From Candidatus Eiseniibacteriota bacterium (lineage in GTDB: Bacteria > Eisenbacteria > RBG-16-71-46 > CAVPCR01), in NCBI GenBank assembly GCA_963823555.1, contig CAWGMA010000004.1, positions 32,001-96,000 of the forward strand: 64,000 bases of DNA, written 5' to 3'. Positions within the stretch are counted from its first letter, which is position 1, and each line of letters starts with the position of its first letter. The translations under genes were made by a program, and so were the position numbers. Shown here piece after piece: positions 41,933 to 52,929 of this stretch. The notes under the pieces were generated by a model. That model ran no database searches, had not been told where the DNA came from, and worked only from the letters and a program-made list of their open reading frames with translations.

Positions 41933-44387
41933 ATGATCTCCAAAGCGACGAACGACGAGCCACGCATCGGGGTCTTCGTCTGCGACTGTGGCCTCAACAT
42001 CGCAGGCGCGGTGGACTGCGCGGCGGTCAGCGAGTACGCGAAGGATCTTCCCGACGTGACTTGCGTGGTCCGCAACAAGTACACCTGCGCCGACCCGGGG
42101 CAGAACGAGATCAAGGCGGCGATCCGCGAGCACCGGCTCAACCGGGTGGTGGTCGCCTCCTGCACGCCCCGGCAGCACGAGCCGACTTTCAGGCAGTGCG
42201 TGTACGAGGCCGGCCTCAACCCCTACCTCCTCGAGATGGCGAACCTACGGGAGCACTGCTCCTGGGTCCATGCCGGGGATCGGGAGGGGGCGACGCGCAA
42301 GGCGATGGACCTGGTGGCGAGCGCCGTGGCGCGCGCCCGCTTCCTCGAGCCGCAGGAGGAGATGACGGTTCCGGTCACCGAGACCGTGCTGGTCATCGGC
42401 GGCGGCGTGGCCGGGATCGAGGCGGCGCTCGAGCTGGCCGAGGCCGGGCACCGGGCGATTCTGGTGGAAAAGCAGCCGTCCATCGGTGGGATCATGGCTC
42501 AGCTCGACAAGACCTATCCCACGATGGACTGCTCTATATGAATCCTCGGGCCTAAGGCCATCGATGCCGGTCGGCATCGGAACATCGAGCTCCTCACCTA
42601 CAGCGAAGTCGAAGAGGTCTCCGGCTACATCGGGAACTTCTCGGTCAAGATCCGCAAGAAGGCGCGCTATGTGGACACCGCGCTCTGCAACGCCTGCGGC
42701 GAGTGCGCCAAGGTGTGTCCGGTGGCGAAGCCGGACGAATATCAGACCGGTCTCTCCTCGCGCCGGGCGATCTACATTCCCTTCCCGCAGGCTGTGCCGT
42801 GCTCGTACATCTTGAACATGGACGATTGCCTGGGCAACAACCCCATCGCCTGCGGCAAGTGCCTCGAGGTGTGCGACAAGAAGGCCATCAACTACGACGA
42901 TCGCGATGAGATCATCACCCGCGAGGTGGGGGCGGTCATCGTCGCAATCGGGCTCAGCGTCTACGATCCCACGGATCTCGACGAGTACGGGTACACGCGG
43001 TTCGACAATGTCATCACCTCGATGGAGTTCGAGCGCTTGATCTGTGCCGGTGGGCCGACCCTCGGCGAGTTCGTGCGTCCGAGTGACCAGGAGCGGCCGA
43101 AGCGAATCGGGTTCATCCAGTGCGTCGGATCGCGCAATCCGCGGATCGGACGTCCCTACTGCTCGAACATCTGTTGCATGAACACGATCAAGGACACGCT
43201 TCTCCTCGCGGACCACTATCCGGACACCTCGAGCTTCGTCTTCTATCAGGATATCCGCGCCTTCGGCAAGTCGTTCGAGGACATGTTCCAGCGGTCCAAG
43301 GAGGAGGGTACCCGCTACATTCGCGGCCTCCCCGGTGACATCGAGGAGGATCCTGGGACCAAGAACCTGATCATCACGGTCGAGAACACGACCTCGGGTC
43401 GCCTCGAGACGTCACGAGCTCGACATGGTGGTGCTGTCCGTGGGGGTCGGTCCGCCGGACGATCTGGCCAAGATCTCGCGCCTCTTGACGCTGTCCAAGA
43501 CCTCCGACGGTTTCCTCATGGAATCGCATCCCAAGCTGAAGCCGGTGGACGCGCCGACTCGCGGGGTGTACTTCGCAGGGTTCTGCGAGGCGCCGAAGGA
43601 CATCAAGGACTCGGTCTGCCAGGCGGGGGCGGCTGCCTCCCGGGCGGGCGCGCTGCTCAATCAGCGCCAGATCAAGATCGAGGCGATCACGAGCCGCGTG
43701 GTGGAGAACGCCTGCATGAAGTGCGGGCTCTGCGCCCAGGTCTGTCCCTACGGTGCCATTCAATGGCACAAGGGCGAGGTGGCGCATGTGATCGAGGCGG
43801 CCTGCGCCGGATGCGGAGCCTGTGGCGCGACGTGCAGCTACGGAGCGATCACCATGCGCCACTTCCGGGACGAGCAGCTCCTGGCGCAGGTGCATGCCGT
43901 CCTCGCCGACCGTCCCGAGGACAAGGTGTTCGCCTTCGCCTGCAATTGGTGCTCCTACGCCGGGGGCGACATGGCGGGAATCTCGCGCTTCCAGTATCCG
44001 ACCACCAACCGGGTCGTCCGCACCATGTGCTCGGCGCGCGTGTCGGAGGAGATGGTGCTCGAGGCCTTCCGCCACGGAGCGCCCGTGGTGCTGGTGTCGG
44101 GGTGTCATTACGCCGACTGCCACTACATCAACGCCAATCGCCAGACCGTGAAGCGCGTGCAGCGGCTATGGGATCAGCTGGAGAAGGCGGGCGTACGTCC
44201 GGAACGGCTGCAGCTCGAGTGGATCAGCGCGGCCGAGGGCCAGAAGTTCGCCCGCGTGATGCGCGATCTCGAGGAGTTGCGGAAGACCGTGACCGCCGAG
44301 GAGATCGCCCATGCCCGGGAGGCGCTCCGGCCCAAACCGAAGAAGGGTGCCGCCAAGAAGGTGGAGGTCGAGGCGGCTGCCACGTAG
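41933..44387 (+). CDS. hdrA: HdrA-MvhD fusion, probable selenoprotein (UGA codon 203 at 42539-42541); one frameshift near 43410
   Basis: [24 protein letters not shown] in frame with ORF 42671, YCSNICC, C-terminal [15 protein letters not shown]. Confidence 0.88.
42562..42579 (+). promoter_or_regulatory. Bacterial SECIS-like hairpin 2
   Basis: CGATGCC-GGTC-GGCATCG; same spacing from UGA as hairpin 1. Confidence 0.8.
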
Positions 44388-44462
44388 ACGTTGTTGACTG
44401 GCCTCGGCCGAGGGCGGAGCGCAGGGGAGAACCGGACGAGAACGACGGCCACGCTGGTGACG

Positions 44463-44603
44463 ATGCGCTGCATGATGTGCGGGCACGAGTACGAGGAGCT
44501 GGTGGAGGAGGGGGAGGACAAGGAGCGCTCGTGCCCGAAGTGCCGCTCGAACTCGATTCGTCTCTTGAAGAAGAGACGGCCGGGGAGCGGGGAGTCACAC
44601 TGA
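44463..44603 (+). CDS. Small zinc-ribbon protein (FmdB-like; start uncertain)
   Basis: CMMCGHEYE..CPKCRS; stop overlaps next ATG. Confidence 0.65.
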   Translation: MRCMMCGHEYEELVEEGEDKERSCPKCRSNSIRLLKKRRPGSGESH

Positions 44604-46044
44604 TGATCCGGACCCCAAGCAAGGAGGACGAGGTCGTCCGCGTCGACTTCGAATTCCGGCGCGAGCTCGCGCGGAAGGTCGAGGGCAACCTGGCGGCTAC
44701 TGCTACCAGTGCGGCGCCTGCGTCGGCGATTGTCCTGCCGCGCGGTACCTGGGCGCGTTCAATCCGCGGGAGATCATGCTCAAGGTGCTCTACGGCCTGG
44801 GGGAGGAGCTCCTCGAGCCCGATTCGCTGCTCTGGGCCTGTGCCAATTGCTACAACTGCCACGAGCGCTGCCCGCAACAGGTGAAGCCGGTCGAGGTGAT
44901 CATCTCGCTCAAGAACATGCTGGCCGACCGCGGGCTGGCTCCCGACCCGGTCGAGAAGATCATCCGCACCTTCGAGACCACGGGCCGCACCACGCCGATG
45001 AGCGCGGCCGTGGATCGCCAGCGGGCCGACTTCGGGCTCGAACCTCTCAAGCCGGTGCCGGTCGAGGAGATCCAGCGGTTGCTCGTCGCCGAGGACCAGG
45101 CGGCGGCCCGGTCCCCCGGTGCGACCCATGCCACACCGACGCCGCAGCCCGAGCGGGACCCGGCGCTTCGCCTTCTTTCCCGGCTGTCTGATCCCGGCCC
45201 GCCATCCAGGGATGGAGGTGGCCATCCGGGAGTCGCTCTGGCCCGGCTCGGGATCGAGATCGTCGATCTCGAGGGCACGTCGTGCTGTCCGGATCCGATC
45301 TACTTCAAGTCGAAGGACAAGATGAGCTGGCTGGCCGTGGCCGCGCGCAACCTTTGCCTGGCCGAGGACCTCGGGGTCGACATCTTCACCAACTGCTCGG
45401 GATGCACGGCGACGCTGTCCGAGTGTTGCCATCTCCTCGAGGACGAGACGTTACGCACGAAGGTCAACCAGCGCCTGGCCCGCATCGGCCGCGAGTACCT
45501 GGGGACCGGACGCGTCCGGCACGTCGTGACGCTGCTCCGGGATGTGGTGGGCTACGAGGCCATACGAGCATCCGTCGTGCGCCCGCTCACCGGACTCAGG
45601 GTCGCCATCCACTACGGATGCCATCTGCTCAAGCCGAGCCGGATCATGCAGGTGGATGATCCCGATGATCCCACGGTTCTCGAGAACCTGGTCACGGCGC
45701 TGGGGGCGACCCCGGTGCGGCATCGCAACTGGTATCTCTGTTGCGGCAAGGCTTGCCAGGCCGAGGAGATTCCGAAGAACATGATGCACGACCTTCTCGG
45801 CGCCGTGAGCGACGAGGAGGCGGATCTCCTCTGCCTCATCTGCCCGACCTGCTTCGGCCAGTTCGACCATGGACAGGTGCGGGTGGCGCAGGAGTTCGGC
45901 GCCGATTTCCACACGCCCCCCATCTACTACTTCCAGCTGCTCGCCCTGGCCCAGGGCCTGCCCTACGAGCGGCTGGGGTTCGAGCGCCAGCGGCTGAAGC
46001 CGGAAGCCATCAAGCGTTTCGCCGCGGACGTCAGCGCGGGATAG
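44603..46044 (+). CDS. HdrC-HdrB-like fusion with frameshifts at about 44695, 45160 and 45240
   Basis: CYQCGACVGDCP, CANCYNCHERCP, FFPGC, SCCP, NCSGC, HYGCH, LCCG, CPTC, PIYYFQL. Confidence 0.8.
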
Positions 46045-49027
46045 GCGTCCCGATGAGCTCCTCGACGAGCTGAGCGGCCTCCTGGAGTCGCCGCTGCACG
46101 TCGGCGAAGAGGTAGCTCCCTGCTCCTGGCCCGTAGCGGTCCTCGTAGCCCAGGATGCGGGCGGGAGCGGTGAGCTGGGACTCCTCGATCTCGTCGCTTG
46201 CGGTCACCGCGACCCGATAGGCGGAGCGCACGGTGATCAGGAAGTCATAGGCCATCCGCAGGCGTTCGTAGAGATCGGTGCGCGGCGGATCGGCGCGCAA
46301 GAGGGCGTCGAAGATCTCACCGCTGGTGGCATCCCAGATCCCGAGCCGGGCCTCGGCGATGGCAAGGCAGAGATCGATGTCCCGGAACCCACCGGGGTGC
46401 TCCTTCAGATGAATCGTCGCGGGCGGCATGGGGCGGAAGAAGCGCCGCCGCTCCAGGATCTCGCGCACCACGCGGGTCGTGAAGGCCTCCGCCTTGTCGA
46501 AGATCTGCGGAGCCAGCACGCGCTGCCGGATCTCCGCCTCGAGCCGCCGGGAACCGACGATGATGCGTGAGCCGAGGAGCTGGCAGCGGTCGACGAACAG
46601 CTCATCATGGTCCTCGCCGAGCAGAGCCGCCAGGTCGTCCATGGCGACGGCGAAGCGCCCGGCCCACTCCCCGAGTCGATACTGAGCGATCACGCCGCGG
46701 CGCGCGATCTGCCGGTTCATCAGCCACGACCACGCGCTCGGCGAACAGCCGCGTCGCCGGGGGTTGGCGAGTCGACGACCACGAGCAGGTCGTAGTCCTC
46801 GTCGTAGGGGCGGCCGCGGGCGTTGCCTCCCGAGAGGAGGATCCCGATGCGGTCGCGCTCCAGGGTCCAGCCATCCGGGTCGCCGCTCGACCTCGCGGAA
46901 GCAGAAGTCGAAGAGCCGGCCCAGGTAGGTGCGCGTGAGCTCGGCGAAGGCGACGCGCGTCAGGCGGTCCGACTGGCCGCGGAGTGTGCCCATCGCGATG
47001 CGCAGGAACTCGATGTCGTAGTAGTCGCCGAGCAGCCCCTTCTGCGTGTCGGGGCTTGGATGCCGCTCGCTCGCGGCGAGCCGGCCCAGGGCGAGCGTAC
47101 GCAGGTGGGGTCGTCCGAGATGGCCTGAACCGTGGCCGGATGACGCTCGGTGACGCGGGCGAGCACGCGGCTGATGTAGTGGCTGCTCTCGCGGTGCAGC
47201 GGCGATCGAGCGCGAGAAAGCGGTCGCGGGCCGCCGCGACCTCGGGATTGCCGATCGGGACGTCGATGGCGCCCTCGAGCTGCGCGAGCCGGTCGCGGGT
47301 CGAGGCGAGAAGAGGAAACGATTGGTGAGCGCCGGATAGATAGCGGAAGACGCGTGACAGCGCCCGCACCGCCTCCGGGAAGTCCGCGAGCTGCGGACAG
47401 ATACGCATCGGCGATCTCGGCGGCAGGATCGACGCCTCGCGCCGCTCGCCGGCGCTTGGCAGCGACAGCGAGAGCAGGATGGTCAGAAAGGTGTAGGGAG
47501 CATCGCGGCCCCATTCGGCGTAGAGCTGGGCCAGCTCTGGCGCGCTCCGGGCGGCAAGCGAGCGTAGCTCTTGACGAAGGCCTCGAGCAGGCGCGCCACC
47601 CGGGGGCCGAGAACGCGGCGAGGAGATCGTCGTAGAAGCGGACCCCGCGAAACGCCCGGGTCGCCGGCGGCCAGGATCCTCGGCCAGCTTCGGTCGCCAG
47701 GTCCTCCGGTGGCGTGCCGCGCGCCACAGCGGAGAAGCGGCTGATCTGGGTCAGGTGCCGGGCCACGCTCGTCCATGAGCGGCCCGGCGGCCGGCGTGGG
47801 CCTCCTCGACCGCCTCGTGGTAGTGGACGAGCAGGTGCTCGACGGCGTGAACCGGACCCCAGTCCCGATAGCCGAGCACGGCCGCGACATCGAGCCAGGT
47901 TCTCGCGCGCGCTCTCCCCCTCGACGCCGATCTCTTCCTCCTGCGTGACCAGCAGCTGGGCCACCTGGCGGAAGGTCTCCAGGAACGATCCGGCTGGTTT
48001 CCGAGCTGGCGAAGTGGGGCTCGAGCACCGGAGTGCACGCATCAGCTTGAGATCAGCGAGGAGGCCTGCGCGTCGCGTCCCCCGCAGGCAGTAGATGGTC
48101 TTGAAGGCGGCGGCCAGGCCGAGAATGAGGCGCAGCGCATCGTCCTTGGGGTTCAGCCGGTCCGGTGCGGGCGGGAGGATCAGAAGCCCGCGCGTCTCAC
48201 CGAGGAGTCCCCTGAGGTAGATCTCGTGGCGATAGTTGTCGCCACCGGGCGGAAGCAGTACTCGGCTGTCACTTCCGCCGCAACCGCTCGCAGCACCTCA
48301 GGATCCCCAGCCACCAGCTCGGCGCCGCAGGAGCTCGGTCACGACGACGATAGCCGAGCCGTCCCGCTCCGCAGAGCCTGATTCAGCTCCTCGATGCTCA
48401 TGGAGAAGCCCGTCGGTATCGGCCTCGGTGGCGACGTAGTTGTCGAGCGGGCTGGCGTACCGCAGGCACTGGCCGGCGAGCCGGGCGAAGGCCTGGTCGA
48501 GCTGCCGCCGGTCCCGGCAGCCGCCGTCGATGAAGGCGACGTCGATGTCGTCCTGGTGGCCGCGGGTGCCCACGGAGAGGATGGCGAAGGGGCCGGTCCC
48601 GGGGGGCAGGACCACGCGCAGGACCTGCTCGATGTACGTGGAGACGAGAAGCGCGAACTCCTCCTCGATCCGCTCCAGGAAGGCCGCGTAGGAGACCAGG
48701 CGGTCGCCGCTCCTCGCCGCGAGGTCCACGGCCAGCTCGCTCCAGGGCCCGGGCGTTCTGATGCAGGAACTGGATCGACGTAGAACGTGCCGAGGAGGAC
48801 CAGCTTTTCTTCCGGACCCCGGCCGGCGGCGGCGACGCGCTCGAAGTCCTCGGCGGGAGCGGCGGAGGTGCGGTCGAGGGTGGACGTGGGAGAGAGCTTC
48901 CGCCGCCTCGAGGCGGCTGAGCAGGAGTTCCCCGTGCTGCTCCACCGCTCGCAGGTACTTGCGGGCGGGATTGCCGAACAGCTGGCACCCGGGTGATGAG
49001 GCGCTCGTAGGCCGGGTGCATGGTCAT
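46031..49027 (-). CDS. GlnE-like protein with two nucleotidyltransferase modules; heavily frameshifted
   Basis: Fragments GTRGHQDDIDV, LNPKDDALR, GGNARGRPYDEDYDLL, HLKEHPGGFRDID, AYDFL..R. Confidence 0.6.
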
Positions 49028-49047
49028 CGGCGGGGGCCTCGAATCGG

Positions 49048-49610
49048 TCACCCGGCCGGCTGGTCCGCGTACTCACCGGCCAGCTCGAGCCCGAGCCGGT
49101 AGGCCTTGCGGTTGAGTTCCTCGGTCCCGCGCGGGACGCGGGCCAGGATCGCCTGCTCGGCGGCCTCTTCGGTCACCGCCTTCGACAGTCGCACGATCAC
49201 GCCCAGGGCGATGATGTTGGCGACGATCGGTTTGGCGAATTTCTCGCCGGCGAGGCCGAGCGAAGGGGAGCGCCGACCACGCGATGATCGCCGTCCGGGA
49301 GGCGAGTCACCGCCCCCGAGTCGACGACGAGCCAGCCACGGGGCCTCAGATCCTTGAGATAGCGATCGAGTGCTTCCTGGGTGAGCGCGAGCAGGAGGTC
49401 GACGTTCTCCGCCTTGGGATAGTCGATTTCCTCCTCGGAGACGATCACGTCGGAGCGACTGGCGCCCCCGCGCGCTTCCGGACCGTAGGATTGGCTCTGG
49501 GTGGCATTGCGGTCGTCGTAGATGGCGGCCGCCTCGGCGAGGATCTTGCCGGCGAGAACGAGGCCTTGTCCGCCCTCACCACTCAAACGAAGCTCGAACC
49601 GAAAGGGCAT
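49048..49610 (-). CDS. Second 2-oxoacid:acceptor oxidoreductase gamma subunit (frameshift near 49265)
   Basis: SGEGGQG, QSYGPEARGG, ANIIALG, ELNRKAY. Confidence 0.88.
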
Positions 49611-49690
49611 AGCGTATCCTCAACGCACCGGGATATGGGAGACGAAGCATCTCACCATTATCTCCGCGGTGCAAGCGCTTGCTGCCTCCA

Positions 49691-49730
49691 AATGAAAGGG
49701 CGGCCATCCCGCGAAGGGACGGCCGCCCCT
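49691..49730 (-). terminator. Intrinsic terminator after the M36 gene
   Basis: Minus strand AGGGGCGGCCGTCCC-TTCGC-GGGATGGCCGCCCTTTCATTT. Confidence 0.75.
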
Positions 49731-49748
49731 GGGAGTGGTGCGCTCAGC

Positions 49749-52700
49749 CTATCGCATGAGGACGGCGCTCCGTGTTGCGCTGAACGAGCCGGCATTCACG
49801 CGGTAGTAGTAGACGCCGGAGGCAAGGTCCTTGCCCAGAGCGTCCCTACCATCCCAGCTCGCCGTGTGCACACCGGCCTCCTGCCGCGCCCCGTCGACGA
49901 GAACACGCACCAGTCGGCCCGACGTGTCGTAGATCGCAAGGCGCACGGTCTCGGCCGTCGGCAGCTCGTAGCGAATGGTGGTCATGGGATTGAACGGATT
50001 CGGCCGGTTGGCGTGCAGCTGGAAGCGCTGCGGCGAGGCCGCCTGATCTTCCACCGCGGAGCCGGCGTTCACCACGAGCGTCACCGGAATGGTGAGCGAG
50101 CCCTGATCGGGGTCGTTGCTCGTGAGAATGAGATCGCAGTTGTACGTCCCCGGCGTGAGCCCGGTGGCGTCCGCGGTGATGTCGATCACCTGGCTCGACT
50201 GCGGCGGCACGGTGCCGCTCGTCGGGTTCTCGCTGAGCCACGGGCACTCGCCGAGGCGGGTGAAGAGCAGCGCCAGGTTGTTCTGGACGTAGGGTCCGTT
50301 GAAGACGACCTGGAGACCGACCGTGCCCGCTGGGTTCTCGATGCCGATCGTGGCCTCGGTGAGCGGTCCGGACATGGTCAGGTACTGGCAGAGGATGTCG
50401 CCGTCCGGCGTGAGAATCATCTGGAACGTGTACGGTGCGCTCCCGCCGAAGTGCTGGATGTTGGTGAACTGGACGATGAACCGATTGCCGACGGCATCGT
50501 GGTAACGATGGATGGTGCCGCCGAGCGCAGGGTTGAGATCGTCCCAGAACCCGGCGATCAGGTCGTTCGGGGCCCCGGAGTTCGGGATCCCGGAGTTGGT
50601 GTAGACGCCGCCGCTCGTCCCGAACGTCATGTAGCCGTTCGCGCTCAGCAGCACCGAGGTCTTGTTCTGCCCGTAGAACGGGAAGGTGAAGGGGAGCGGG
50701 ATCGAGATCGACCCGTCATCCGTCAGGGTGATCGCCGTGCCGACCCCCGTGATGTCCTGCCAGTCGAAGACGGGACCACCCGGATCGTTCGAATCGATCC
50801 ACACGTACCCGAAGGCGTCGGGGCCGCCGAAGTCGCTGGCGGTCGGCGGGCCGAGACGCGGATCGGCCTCGCCCTTGGCCAGGTCGAGATCCGGGTAGGA
50901 GGTCCCACCCTGGGCCGCGACGACGACCGAGTTCCCGTTCGTGAACGGCAGGGGCTCGATGTCGGTGATGCTCCAGGTCAGGTCAGCCCCGAACAAGGGA
51001 TCGGTCTGGTTCTCGATCGTGAGCTGCTGGGTCGATGTGCCGTTGGGCGGCAGGCTGAAGTTGAAGACGAGGGGCGCCGCCACGATATTGGCCGGGGTGC
51101 CGACCGAGTAGCCGGTCTGCTGGAAGTTCGAGACCATGGCGCTCAGCTCGCTCTGCGAGTAGTTGAGCGCGATGGCCGCCTGCAGCATGGCGTTGGCGGC
51201 GTCGTTCTGGCTCGAGGAGGAATTGGTCATGCCGAGACCGGCGAGGCAGGCCTTGTCGGTCTTCTCGCGGCCGATGGCATCCCAGATCCGCATGAGGCAG
51301 GTCGACCAGATCTGGCCATCGGTGTGGATCTGGCCCACGAGCCCGCCGGGATAGGTCGCCCCGTAGTTGGTGACGCGACCCGCCCAGAACGGATTGTGGC
51401 CGTCCCAGCTGAACACGTAATGGTAGGCCGGCTGGTTGGGCAGCCACTGGCCGAGGCTCCGGCTGTAGGATGCGGCGATGTAGTCGCCGAAGCCCTCGCT
51501 GAGCCCGTTCACCTGTGACAGGCTGCCGTTGGTCACCCAGTCGTGGAGGCCGTGGCCCAGTTCGTGGATCACGACATCGGCATCCTCGGAGTCGTCGACG
51601 CCGCCCTCGCCGAAGGCGACGCGACCCGTGCTACCGATGTAGTGCGAGTTGTCGGCCCCGCTCAGACCATGGGGGTCGAACTGCACGCCGCCCGGATACT
51701 GGAAGGGGTGGATGTTGAGGCCGAGGGTGATGTTCACCCAGCGCATGATGTTGTCGATGTGCCAGTAGACGAGCGCCGCCTCGAAGGCGTTGTCGAAGCG
51801 GTTGTAGTTCCAGGTCGGACTGGCCTCCGAGAAGAGCCCGTAGAAGGGCGACTCGAAGTCGATGATCTCCGCCCACGGTCCCTTGAGGGTGTAGGTGCCG
51901 GCGTTGAGCGTGATGTCACGGAGAACGGCGTTGACGAGCTCCGCCTGAAGCTGTGGCGTGTTCGCGTCGTTGCCATCGACGTAACCGGGATCGCCGTAGG
52001 TGGCGCCGGCCGAGGACAGCGGATCGGGATCGAAGATGTTGCCGGCGCCGTCTACGTAGTGGGCGTTGTCGACCGCCTTCAGGATCTCGCCGGTCGACGC
52101 ATCGGCGATGATCTCCCAGTCGCCGACGGGAGAAGTGCTCGGGACGAGGGCCACCCGGTAAGCCAGCCGCCACTCGCCAGCCGTCGGATAGAGAACGAGC
52201 CTGGTCTCCTCGTGGTCGACCGCGCCGCTCACCTGGAGGTGGTTCCGGGCGCGGGTCCGCGCCTCCTCGGCGCTCAGTGCCGGCGCGCCCATCGTGGCCG
52301 GCACCCCGGGCTTGTAACCGTTGGCGACGAAGATCACGCGGTTCTGATGGTCGATCGTGATCGCGATCTCGCCCTTGTAGACCGGCACGCCGCTGACCTC
52401 TTGGTCGAAGCGAACGGTGTGGCCCAGCGGGCTCGCCCAGGTGTGACGGTGAGCGAGATCGGAGAGATCCTCGTGCCGGAGATGGAGCAGCTCGCGATGG
52501 TCGCTGAGGTACTGGCGGGCCATGGTCTCCGGGTCGGCCGGCGCGAGCTCCACGCTGGGTCCGTAGATGGCGAGCGGCACGCCGGTCAGCCTGCTGATTC
52601 GCATACCGTCCCTCTCGAACGAGGGCTCCTCACTCTCCTCGGCACCGATCGTGGTGACCGCTGCCGGCGTGGGCGGGGTCTTGGCCGAAGCGATCGGAGC

Positions 52701-52778
52701 CATCGCTGCCCAGAGCACCAGAGTCAGGGCGACGACAGCGCCAGCAGTTGCAGATCTCGATTCCCATCGTGTCGACAT
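49749..52778 (-). CDS. Secreted M36/M4-like metallopeptidase with FTP/PepSY propeptide and FlgD-Ig tail
   Basis: VRFDQ..GVPV, IADASTGEIL, HELGH, GLSEGFGD, GGPDAFGY; PNPFNP..YDTSGRLV..WDG..SGVYYYR. Confidence 0.88.
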   Translation of the reverse strand: MSTRWESRSATAGAVVALTLVLWAAMAPIASAKTPPTPAAVTTIGAEESEEPSFERDGMRISRLTGVPLAIYGPSVELAPADPETMARQYLSDHRELLHLRHEDLSDLAHRHTWASPLGHTVRFDQEVSGVPVYKGEIAITIDHQNRVIFVANGYKPGVPATMGAPALSAEEARTRARNHLQVSGAVDHEETRLVLYPTAGEWRLAYRVALVPSTSPVGDWEIIADASTGEILKAVDNAHYVDGAGNIFDPDPLSSAGATYGDPGYVDGNDANTPQLQAELVNAVLRDITLNAGTYTLKGPWAEIIDFESPFYGLFSEASPTWNYNRFDNAFEAALVYWHIDNIMRWVNITLGLNIHPFQYPGGVQFDPHGLSGADNSHYIGSTGRVAFGEGGVDDSEDADVVIHELGHGLHDWVTNGSLSQVNGLSEGFGDYIAASYSRSLGQWLPNQPAYHYVFSWDGHNPFWAGRVTNYGATYPGGLVGQIHTDGQIWSTCLMRIWDAIGREKTDKACLAGLGMTNSSSSQNDAANAMLQAAIALNYSQSELSAMVSNFQQTGYSVGTPANIVAAPLVFNFSLPPNGTSTQQLTIENQTDPLFGADLTWSITDIEPLPFTNGNSVVVAAQGGTSYPDLDLAKGEADPRLGPPTASDFGGPDAFGYVWIDSNDPGGPVFDWQDITGVGTAITLTDDGSISIPLPFTFPFYGQNKTSVLLSANGYMTFGTSGGVYTNSGIPNSGAPNDLIAGFWDDLNPALGGTIHRYHDAVGNRFIVQFTNIQHFGGSAPYTFQMILTPDGDILCQYLTMSGPLTEATIGIENPAGTVGLQVVFNGPYVQNNLALLFTRLGECPWLSENPTSGTVPPQSSQVIDITADATGLTPGTYNCDLILTSNDPDQGSLTIPVTLVVNAGSAVEDQAASPQRFQLHANRPNPFNPMTTIRYELPTAETVRLAIYDTSGRLVRVLVDGARQEAGVHTASWDGRDALGKDLASGVYYYRVNAGSFSATRSAVLMR

Positions 52779-52865
52779 CAACGAATTTCCTCGGGTCTTG
52801 GGGTGAGCGGGGTGGACGCGGGACCGGGATCGCCGCGCCGGGATCATGGGGCAAGTAACTATTTA

Positions 52866-52894
52866 TTAGACAACATCTTGGCGGCGTCTGTCAA
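52866..52894 (-). promoter_or_regulatory. Candidate sigma-70 promoter for the M36 gene
   Basis: TTGACA (52894-52889) followed about 18 nt later by AT-rich TCTAATAAAT. Confidence 0.5.
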
Positions 52895-52929
52895 GTTCGG
52901 AATGGGAGCCAGGGCAACCCCTCGCGCCG

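Noticed and set aside
37366..42541. The hdrA TGA codons as nonsense mutations or sequencing errors
   Set aside because: Same homologous Cys position in two diverged paralogues, each with a SECIS-like hairpin; the errors elsewhere are indels.
43400..49270. Frameshifts in hdrA2, hdrCB, the GlnE-like gene and the gamma gene as biological decay
   Set aside because: Regionally clustered indels across unrelated genes with conserved residues retained point to low sequence quality.
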